From Vitrella brassicaformis CCMP3155 (taxonomy: Eukaryota; Protista; Chromerida), in contig CDMY01000520.1 in NCBI GenBank assembly GCA_001179505.1, positions 1 to 64,000 of the forward strand: 64,000 nucleotides of DNA. The letters are read 5' to 3'. The first letter of the stretch is position 1; each line of letters starts with the position of its first letter. Positions 51,660 through 61,620 of the stretch are shown piece by piece. Below the pieces are notes generated by a model that was not told the origin of the DNA, ran no database searches, and saw only the letters and a program-made list of their open reading frames with translations. The translations under genes were made by a program, and so were the position numbers.

Positions 51660-53161
51660 ATGGGCAGGAGATCTTGGAGATCTCACGTTCGACCGAAAGC
51701 TCGCAAGAGCAAGGAGGAAGGGAGGCAAGGAGGGAAAGAGAAGAAAGAAGCAAGGCGCGAGTCGCTCTCTCCTTCAATGCTCAATTTTCGACGAGGCCGA
51801 GGAAGAGGCGCCGCAGCAGCTGGCGGGAGATCACACAAAGATCATGAGTCAAAGGGCAACCCGCTGTCATCCTTCCAGCGACAGGCGCAAGAACGGCTCA
51901 AGGGAGGCAGGTTCCGCCACCTGAATGAGAAGCTCTACACAGACTCGTCGGCCGAGAGCTTCATGGCGTTCCAGCAAGATCCATCGCTCTTCGACAAGGT
52001 GCTTTCGATGAGAGATGCGACGGCAATTCATTCATTGACTCATTGTGTTTGCGGCGTCCGCTCATTCATTATGTGTGTCAGTATCACGATGGCTATCGTC
52101 GGCAGGTGCTCCAGTGGCCAATCAATCCCCTCGACAAGATGATGGAATACGTTCGCAAACTCCCCGCACATTACACGTGAGGCACAGGGAAAGCGGCGAG
52201 TGACCACTCGTTGTGTGCTCGATGTGTGTGTGTGTGTGTGTGTGTGCGTGTGGCCTGATCAGTGTGGGTGATTTCGGCTGCGGAGAGGCGAAGATCGCAC
52301 AAACCTTTCCGGACAGGCAGGTGCATGGCAAGAGAGGAGCATCCATCACGTGCATTGATCTGTCCCCTGTATGCTGGCAGATCCATCCATTCGTTTGATC
52401 TCGTGGCGGCCAACCCACACATTACTGCCTGCAACATCGCCCACGTGCCTCTCGCTGACGGCTCCCTGGATGTTGCGATTTTCTGCCTGAGTCTGATGGG
52501 CTCCGACTGGCCGTCGTTCATCAGAGAGGCCTACCGCTGCCTCAAAGACAAGTGAGGGAAAGCAAAGCACCGAAAGACCTTGAGCGATGAGCATGCTGCC
52601 GTTCGTCTGTGTCGGTGGGTGTGCCTACCAGGGGTGTCTTGCGCATCGCTGAAGTGCTCTCTCGTTTCCAAGATGTGGACAAATTTGTCGAGAGCATCGA
52701 GACCATCGGATTCAGATGCACACACAGGGTGGGTGGGTGCGCCAACAGCGAAGAGATGATGCACAGTGACAATTGCCTGACTTGTTTTGCGTGTCTGTCT
52801 GCAGGAGGTGCTGAATTCCTTCTTCATCCTGCTGGCTTTCCGCAAAGCGTCGACAGACAGGCGACTTCCCCAACACTCCGCCAAGGGTCAGCAGTCGGCC
52901 ACCAAGAGCAAGAAAAAGAGAAAACAACACCAGCAGCAGCGGAGTGAGAGCACTGACGGCCATGAGGACAAGCGACTCAGGATAATGCAGAGGCTGATTG
53001 GCAAGAAAAGGAGTGTTCCTGATGATGTGGCAGCTGCTGGCGAGTCAGCAGCAGAGAGGGGCAGTAGTAGGGTCAGCAAAAAGAGGAAAGTGGTGGGGGT
53101 GAGTGAGTCACAGGGCGTGGACGCTTCTCTTCTAGGGCACTGTAAGTACAAGAAACGCTGA
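51660..53161 (+). CDS. RRP8: Ribosomal RNA-processing protein 8 (25S/28S rRNA adenine-N1 methyltransferase, nucleomethylin); start could be 51660 or 51777
   Basis: RLKGGRFRHLNEKLYT...DPSLFDK|YHDGYRRQVLQWPINPLD, VGDFGCGEAKIA (SAM motif), HSFDLVA, ACNIAHVPL.DGSLDVAIFCLSLMGSDW, EAYRCLK, LRIAEVLSRF, C-terminal CKYKKR*. Confidence 0.93.
51695..51704 (-). promoter_or_regulatory. GCGAGCTTTC motif (GAAAGCTCGC on the + strand) at the receptor-2/RRP8 divergent junction
   Basis: Exact reverse complement of the 10-mer at 3272, 19611 and 30039. Confidence 0.45.
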
Positions 53162-53360
53162 ATGGGTGTCTTTTAGTGAGGCCTGAGTGAGTGGGACGAT
53201 CATGACGATCATTGACCTTCAAAGCTTTGCCATTCCAATGGTCTTGAAAGAAACGAACGGATGCATCTTGCACCCATCCCACAAGGAACAATCGGAACAA
53301 GCACAGCACGCAAACAGGCAGGCAGGCAGGCAGGCAGAGGAAATGGCCTATCACCCCTTC

Positions 53361-56300
53361 CTAACCCGACTCCTCTTCCCCCACTCCAGCAGCGTCAGGC
53401 TCCCCCTCCTTGCCCCCCTCATCCCCACCTTCAGCAGTCAGGTTGGCCTCCTCAGCTGCAGCGGCAGCTGCCCCCTCTTCATCCTCTTGCGGCTCGGAAT
53501 ATATCGTGGACATTGCAGGGCCTTCCTGCTCCTGACCCTCCTGGTCACTCGACGAGAAACCCCTGGAGGCGTTCTTCTTGCCACCCCTCTTCGCTTTGGC
53601 CTTGCCCCACGCAATGGGGCTGTCGTCTTCCTCCTGCTCGGCCAGCGCGGCCTGCCTGAGCCGCTCCTCGGCCTCCTTCTTCTCCATCTGTCTGGCCTTG
53701 ATGGATGAGAGAACCTTGCTGCCGGGCGACTGCTCTTCGTCATCCTTGGCTTCGCCAGTGGGGGCGACGGACGGCAGGACACTCGAGACGGGCATGACGT
53801 CGAGCACTTTGTCGAGCTCCTTCATGGTCTGGGTGGAGAGAGACATGCACGAAGGGGGATCGATCCATGCGTCATACGTCCTCTGGCACCTACCTTGCTC
53901 ATGAGCTGGTGCAGCTGCTCTGACTCTGCTTCAACCTCCTCGGGTGAGAGGGATCTCATGTCCTCAACGCGCTCTAAGAGGAAAGAACAAATCACAAGGT
54001 GCACAAAGGAAAGTTCGTGTCTCGTCTTGTAGATCAATACCGCCGTCTGCGGATCTGAATGGGCTGGTGACACCTCTGTCACCCGCCAGAGCACCCGACG
54101 GATACTCGCCAAGCGACACACCGGCACTGTATACACACACATAGGTGATGCAAGCAGGGACATGGAGACAAAAAGGCGGGTTTCCTACCCTGGAGACCAT
54201 GTGGGTGCGTCCTGGTTGCCCGCTCTCCCTCGTGATTTCTTCTTCTTGGCAATGGCCTGCAGAGACCGCTCCTTCAGCTCCCTGTGTGTCAAACGCACCA
54301 ACCAATGCTCGCTCGATAGATATGCCTGCAATGAGTGCTTCGTCCCGCTTTGTGTTACTGATTGGTGAGTGGTCTGTCGGCCAAATCCTCCTCGTCAGAA
54401 TCATCCTCTCCCTGAGACACAAGAAGTCCATGCAGCTAGGCGGCCTGGTGTGCCGTAGTCGTCTCATGCTTTCATTCTCTCCCCACCTGCAGGTTGGAGG
54501 ACGGCAGATCGCCAGGTCTCAGTTGAATGGCCCCGCCAGCCGAGCCGGGGGAGGGGACTTTGTCCACACGGCGGGCGCCAGTGAGAGGCGGGCTCACAAC
54601 AGAGCCCCTGAAAATTAATTGCACAAGGGTGGTTCGTGTGCCAGTGGCATTGACGTGCGATCTTTGTTGTCTCGTGTACTTACCGCTGAGCACCTGATAC
54701 AGAGAGTGCCTCCAGTCCGGTTGCCGCCACTCCCGTCTCGTTCAGCACAGATATAGTCTCAGCACCGGGCAGGTAGTCTTTGTGCGCTGCGACGAATCTG
54801 GGGACATATGGAGACGAATTTTGCTTTATAAAGCCCGATCGTGACCACCGACCTTTCGATGTAGTACAGAAGGGGCAAGAAGTTGTCTCCATCCATCTCG
54901 GGCGGCCCCAAAGGATCGCCCCAGGCCTCTTGGACCTGATCGAGAGGCAAAGTCACAGCACGCGAAATATGTAAGGCAGGGACATTCCCCTCATGTCGAG
55001 GAAACCACTGACCACTTTGGTCAGCTTTTCGACGATGGGTTTGCATGCGAGTGTGATGCCGTGCTGCTTCTCGTTCTCGAGGTCCTTTTGGTCGGCGGCC
55101 TCTTTGGTCTTGGCGATCTGCAGCTCCAGCTCCTCCAGCGCCTGACGCTTGCGCTTGAAGGCCTCCTCGTCGGCCACCTGATTGGTGAGGAGAGAGACAG
55201 ACACAAACAGGCAGTGGTGTGTTCCTCTGTGTCTGTTCCTGGTGGTTTGCTGACCAACCTGTGAGTCTTTGAGCTGGGTGTCCAGCTCTCGTGTGCGCAG
55301 TTCCATGGCCTCGATGTCGCGATTGAGCTGGTTGGCATAGGACAGCAGGCTGAAGTTGCGCTCCTCGACCTTCATGAATATCTGCAGCACACAAAGAGGA
55401 ACAGGGGGCCTGCCGTACGTCTGATGCGTAGACTGGCGTGATGTTGTGCTTGCCTTGACTATTTCTTCGATGTCGGCGATGCCGGTGGATGACTTGATTG
55501 TCTCGAATGCCTGTTCAAACACCTGACACACGGTAGAAAGGGGGAAAGGCATGCAGCGGGGAGGGAGACATGGTGTAATCGGCTCTGTCTGTAGCCTACT
55601 TCGATGTTCTTCTGGTGTTGCTTGATGTGTCGTCTCTGGATGGTGTTGAGAAATGCGGTTTTGAGGATTTCTTTCATCATACCCTCCTGATTGAACCCCT
55701 CTTCCTGCACAACGAAGCGAAAAACTCAATGATTCTCCGCTTAAAGGAAGCGAGCAGTCCTCCCGTACCTCTTCAGCTACGACGAATGTCGAGCGAGTGG
55801 TGTTCAGTGGAGAGGGGGGAGGGCCTGTCGACTTCTTGTCTTTCTCGTCTTTCTTCTCATCCTTCTTAGTCCCCCCTTTTCGCGGCGTAGACTCGCTCAT
55901 CTGCTGTGTCGACTGCCCACGGAGCAGCGCATTCTGTGCGGCATGTGTCTTGCGCTGCTGTATCTCCCACTCCTTCATCTTGCTCTCGGTGGACCGCATC
56001 TCGACGTGGAGGTCGTTGCACTGGTGCTTGAAGTCCACCCGCTCCTCGTCACGAAGCTTGCGAAGCTCATGTATGCGAGCGGCCGTCATTGTCTGGGTGT
56101 TCTTGGTCTCGTCCATCTACACACAGACACACACACATTCATTTGCCGAGGGACATCTTGCAGGTTGAGCGTTTCACCTCGTTAGAGAGGTCTTTGAGCT
56201 GGTCCCCGACATTAGTGACCTCTCGGCTGAGCTTCTTGACGACCGCGTCCAGGGTAACCCTCTCCCTTCGCTGCTGGTCAATGGCGCTGCGCAGCTTCAG

Positions 56301-56676
56301 GTTGTAGTCCAGCTGGCCGTTGAGCTTGGCCAGTGCCTTCTCGAGCCTGTTTTCCAGCTGCCGGACCTTGCTCCGCCCTCTCTGCACTTCATCCTCCTCG
56401 GCAGCCCTCCGGAGGTTGTACTTGAGGCGCTTCTCATCATACTCGTCCTTCGACCTAAACAAACCGCAGCGGTCAGGCAAGCAGACACGTGTGAGGGCCT
56501 CCCCCTCACCTGCGATAGTTCTCTTCCAGCAGATGCAACCTCCTTTTCTCAATCTCGAGCTTCCGCGTCACAACTTCGATTTCCTGCTGCATTCGCCCCA
56601 CATGGTCCTCCAGGTAGGCTGACAGGGCGACGTTACCGCCGCCCATGCTGGACCTCTGCGTCGACGAGAGCGCCAT
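53361..56676 (-). CDS. ODAD1: Outer dynein arm docking complex subunit ODAD1/CCDC114 (DC2)-like coiled-coil protein; the acidic extension 53361-54130 may be part of it or the gene may stop near 54185
   Basis: VRQLENRLEKALAKLN...NLKLRSAIDQQRRER, FEQAFETIKSSTGIADIEEIV|..FMKVEERNFSLLSYANQLNRDIE, EDDSDEEDLADRPLT.RELKERSL; ATG at 56676 (MALSSTQRS). Confidence 0.72.
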
Positions 56677-56681
56677 TTGCT

Positions 56682-56697
56682 GAAAAAGACTGGGGGG
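56682..56697 (-). promoter_or_regulatory. CCCCCCAGTCTTTTTC leader element 5 nt upstream of the ODAD1-like ATG
   Basis: 16-nt identity with 61528-61543, which lies 4 nt upstream of another ATG. Confidence 0.45.
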
Positions 56698-57102
56698 CGC
56701 TGTGGGGCTAGCTTGCTGACCGAAGAAGTCTCGAAATCGAAACCTACCGATCTTCCAAGCAACGCAAGAGTCTCAAGCAATGCAATGGTCCTTGTAAGTA
56801 TGCTCCCTGACAGTGTCTCATCCCTGCCTTTCTGCGACGTACGGTATGGCGCAACATGCATGAACTGTATGAACTGAGATGGGCATATCGTGCCTCTGTC
56901 TAGGCAAAACAGTCCTAGTGGCTGCCTTCTGTGACTGTCCGCACAAATGCAGCAAACGGTGTGAAAGGTGACGAGCTGAGAAAGCACATCATGCTTCAGA
57001 CAGCCGCCAACCGAACAACACAAAATGCAACAACCACTAACTGACACAACAAAATCTATGGACTAAGGATCACCATAATGAGACCCTTGAATCAAAGCAC
57101 TT

Positions 57103-60100
57103 TCAGCACTGCACGCGACGGCTTGTCTCCCTCGCAATCTGATCCACTGTGCCCTCCTCTATCATTTCCATTGCAAGACTTTGGTTGAATCCCACCGTCT
57201 CTGTCAAATCGCGGTTGAGAGCAGGCCGAGCAAGGTCTTCACCAAGAGACACGTTGATCTCTTCCACTTTAACACGCTGCTCCAGCTGCTTGGAATGCTC
57301 GCCGGCCTCTGCTGTCTCCACGATTGGCTCGAGGGGCGGTTTCTCTTGTTCAACCACTAGCTCAGCTGCCTTCTCGAGCTCGGCAGGTATCGGCGCTGTC
57401 TGCCCAATGGCGTGAAAGACCGGCGGCGTCACGGCGTCCGGCGCCTCATTCTCTTGCATCACTGGCTGGAGGAACTTCGGCTGAAGGGGCTGCGGCTGCT
57501 CAGCTGGGTGGTCATCTTGAATGGGCCCCGGTGCATTAGGCGTCTCCACTGCTTTGCCGACCCGCTCATCAGTCACATCATGCGGCACGATTCCAACTGC
57601 CTTCTCTTCGTTGATGAGCTTGCGCCGCGGGGCAAGATACTTCTGCATCAGCCGCTCTCTGCGCGTGGGGTAGAGACACAAGCAGACAGCAGCCGCAAGC
57701 ACGAGCAGAACCGAAGGCAGCAGCACAACGATGGCGATCGAGGCGCGTGTCTCGACGCAGGATGTGTCCGAGAATGCAAACCAGCCGCACTCGCTGTCGT
57801 CCTTCTCCTTCTTGACGCCCCCATCGGCCGATAGGGCGAAGAATTGAGGCTGCAGGTCAGCCGCCGTCAGGCCAGAGATGTGGACTGATCGGTCCTGCGT
57901 CATCCGAATAATGACGCTGCCGTTTTCCACCAACGGTATAAGGGCCTCCATACTGTCGATCTCTGGGTAGGCGCTCAGGTCCAGCACGTCATGGTCGGTG
58001 TCCGTGTCAAAGGAGGGGATCGTCACGTCTCCCGTCTCGTTGCTCACCACACTGATCAATGATCACACGCAAGGACTCAGCCAACAAGTGATTGTGTCGT
58101 TGTCTGTTCTACTGTCCTGTCGAGCTCACAATGTGTCAGCACCGTCCATGCCGATGAGCACTGCAAAGGACAGCCAAGATGCAGCCGTGTACAATCTCGC
58201 TCCCGTGGGTCTCCACTGCTTACCGTCATTTCCCCCGCCACTGACGAGCCTGTCATTCCCTCCACCACCAGTCAGCACGTTAGCGGCGGTGTTGCCCGTC
58301 AGCACGTCGTCTTTTTTTGTCCCCTCCACATCTGTGATGGGGCTGCCCTCTTCCAGCGTGATGCTCTTCGGATGCTCGGCGTCTGGGCACGACACTTTGG
58401 TTGGCGAAACCATTCGACACACAACAGCAGGGTCCTCTGGATCGTCATTGTCGGTCGAGCTGATAGTGATCACGTTCTGATCTAATACATCGGAAAGGGC
58501 TGCTCAACCCACACAAGAGACGGATCGTCAAGAGGGATGGATCAATCCCTCGGGGCTCTACGTGTCTGACCTGGAATCTCGGTGGTACTTGAGTGTGTCT
58601 CACTTGGGAGCTCAGTGGTACTTGAGGAGGGCGCCGGGGCTGAAAATGGTCAAATGGATATACGCTATCCACAAAGATGCTGATGTGTCTCATTTTTGCG
58701 GCTTACCGACAATCAAAGTACCAGCTGTCACATTGAAGTCAGACAGGTAATCGGCAGAACACGACTGCGACTGGTCTGGCGACGCACACCTGCACGCGCA
58801 CCTAGATGTCTCGTTGTCTGTGTACGAGGCCATCTGCCAGTGTTGCCATTAGCTGACCAGCAGAGGAAGAAGTCTCCTACACGTGTTGGTCTTTTATCGC
58901 CAATCTCATATGTTTTTGACCCCGATGGGCCACCGGCTTTGGGCGTCCCGATGTCCTGCTTATCGGCTCGAAACAATCCCGTGACCAGCGCAGGGCTCGT
59001 GCAAGTTGTAGAAGAGACAAGGATGGCGTCATAGTCATTGAGGTCTGTCAAAGCGGCACAGTCACACATAGGAAAGAGAGACTGACAAGGGCACCTCCAG
59101 TTCGCTGCACAGTACCTGTTCCTGTAATGGTCATAGGACATTCCTCGCCAACAAGGCAGCTGATTTGATTGCTGCCATCGGGTCCTGCACACCGATGCGG
59201 GAGCATGCATGTCTGTGTGTATGTACCGTGAGGACTTCCGTACCTCTGATTGTCAGGCTGCCGGCCGAGACAATGTGTTCTGCATCGCACGACCCTTGAC
59301 ACCTGCAGACATATGCACACACACAGCACATTTATATGCCAGCCCCTTCTGTGCTATCACTTGAGTACCAGCACAGGGAAAGGCTGTCGGCAACTTTCTT
59401 CGCAATGCCAAAGTGATATGTCGCTCCGCTGCCACCCGATGCTGTGGCAGAGTCGACCGAGCTATCTTCATCGAAGTACGTTCGCGTTGGCGATGCACAG
59501 CTATCGTTAGAGAGCAGCATCGAGTCTCCATCTGAAAGACCTGCTCAGAGACATGGAACATGAGGGGAGTGAGACAGTGTTCGAGTGTCGCGATTGGGTG
59601 GAGTCTCCACCTGTGCCTGCAATACTGAATGTGCAGCCAACTCCGATGACACAGGTGATGGCTGCAGCCTTGTCGGGGCCTGAGATGGTGAGATTGCCCG
59701 CATGAATGGTAAAATTCTCAAGACCTCCCTCTGCCTCTGGGTCACAGCCAAACTCTTGTGGACACCTGCGTTCACACACATACATACACACAGAGCAAGT
59801 CACGTGGCAATTGCTCGTCAATAGGAAGACACGCACAGTCGAGAAACGCAGCTCACCAGCACAGGTAGAATGCTGTGCTTGATGCGTAGAGAGCCCTGCC
59901 GAAATCATACAGCTCTCCGCCTCCCGATGCTGTCGCCTTGTCATACAAGTCATCGGCAGTGAACAAATCCTTAACACCCGTACTCACACTGCAATCATCG
60001 CCGGAGACCACAATCATGTCTCCGTCGGCCAAACCTGTCATGCAGTAGCATACACATGAGGCAAACAAACTGTTCTCTCTTCGTTCACAGATCGCTCTCA

Positions 60101-61523
60101 CCCATGCCTGTGACATTCATTGAGCACTGATGGCCGGCAACACATGAGGAATTTCCATAAGTGGGGCCTGTATTGATGAAAACAATAAGCACAGCACCTC
60201 ATCGCTCAGTCCCTGTGCACATACCGTTCACGATCAGCATGCCCGCACTAGTCTCAAACCGCGCATAGTCTTCCTCATAGTCACAAGGCCCATCAATCTT
60301 GCGCCAGCACGGGCCGTCTGGTTTAAGGTCACCAATGCACTCCTGGCGTGGACACCTAAAAGGAGACAGGAAGACGTCAAGCATACCGTTGATCGCCAAT
60401 ATAGAATCAGCTGGGTGACCGAACCAGCAAAGGTAGTATTCCCCGACAAATCGAGGCTTCTTACTGCCAAATTCGTACGTCACCAATGAGCCGTTATCCC
60501 CTGGATTGGCCGTACTGAGATCTATCTCATCAGCATCGAATAAGCCAAGGGGACTGACATCGACAAGGCGGTCCATCGAGCATTGCTCCACAGCGACACG
60601 GAGAGTGTCGTTTTCATGCAAGTCTGCGTCAGCACAAAGAGCGTGTCTCACAATGTTTTATTTCTCTTGCCTATTCGGCACACGCACCAAAGCCGCTGAT
60701 AGGGATCGGACAGTCCAGTGTGACGTAGCATCGGATAATTGCATCGGCATGGGGGCCTGCATTGTGAGTCGTCATTTGAAGGCACATATAACGAGCCTAC
60801 TGATGACCACTCACCTCTGACCGTCAACATTCCCGCATGAGTAGTATACTCATCTATGATAAGATCCGAAGTAGCGTGGTCGCATTTATCCCCGTCGTAC
60901 GTCTCGTCCAGGGAGCACCTGAATGTAAAGATCTCCATGTTATTCGTTGGCGATAGTTTTCTCTTTTGCATACCAGCAGATATCGAATTCTCCAGTGCGT
61001 TGAAGACGCTTATTATATACAAAAAATTCATCGGCGCCGAGTACGTACTCTTGGTGCTCATCACTTCCGGGGATCGTTTGGCTCATGTAGGGGAATTCCG
61101 GTCCGTTTTGCCACAGAGGTGGTGAGATCGGAGTGGGAGGATTACATGGGCTTGAAGCATTCCTCTCTGACAGAATGATCGAGGCACCATCGTCCTTGAA
61201 CCCTGCAGGTCAACGACAGGAACATTGTAGGATGACAGAAAGCTTGGTTGGTTGCGTTCTTCTCTTCGTGCCCTACGGTTGTAATCGCCGGGGATGATCC
61301 AATCTACGTCACACGGTTGAGGAGTCATCCATTCGGTGCAATACTGCCCTGCGATCGCAACGAAACGCGTCTCATTATTTGGTCGAGCGGGAGCAACTAA
61401 GACAGGAATGGCAGGGAAGCAGAATGTCGGACAAAAAGAGTTCGGTCTCTGTTGGTTGATACCTGCCAATCGAGGGATATCGATGTGGACCAGTGAGACG
61501 AGAATGAGGATGAATAAATGCAT
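57103..61523 (-). CDS. Type I membrane protein: signal peptide, 4-5 Cys-containing beta-rich repeats, RTX/hemolysin-type Ca-binding repeats, TM helix, acidic/Pro-rich cytosolic tail (many exons)
   Basis: MHLFILILVSLV signal. Repeats end Y(E/D/H)(F/I)G...(Y/F/S)LCW and (A)GxLx(V/I)xG. DDVLTGNTAANVLTGGGGNDRLVSGGGND|VLIGMDGADT|FVV...DVLDLSAY. TM SIAIVVLLPSVLLVLAAAVCLCLY. Stop at 57103. Confidence 0.72.
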
Positions 61524-61527
61524 GACA

Positions 61528-61591
61528 GAAAAAGACTGGGGGGAAGACTGGGGGTCAGCTCGCAGATGCCAGCTCGCGGATGACAGCTCGC
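61528..61591. promoter_or_regulatory. 97-bp bidirectional promoter: CCCCCCAGTCTTTTTC leader (minus, 61528-61543), a second AAGACTGGGGG copy, and three AGCTCGC copies at 14-bp period (61557, 61571, 61585)
   Basis: cagctcgcagatgc-cagctcgcggatga-cagctcgc tandem between ATGs at 61523 (-) and 61621 (+). Confidence 0.5.
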
Positions 61592-61620
61592 ATTCCTCAG
61601 ACAGGCAGGTGATGATCGTG

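Noticed and set aside
61528-61543. Shared leader as a dinoflagellate-type spliced-leader relic
   Set aside because: No similarity to the known DinoSL/Perkinsus SL sequence; kept only as an unexplained leader motif.
61556-61591. Short regularly spaced repeats as a CRISPR-like array
   Set aside because: 14-bp period with no unique spacers and no cas genes; eukaryotic context.
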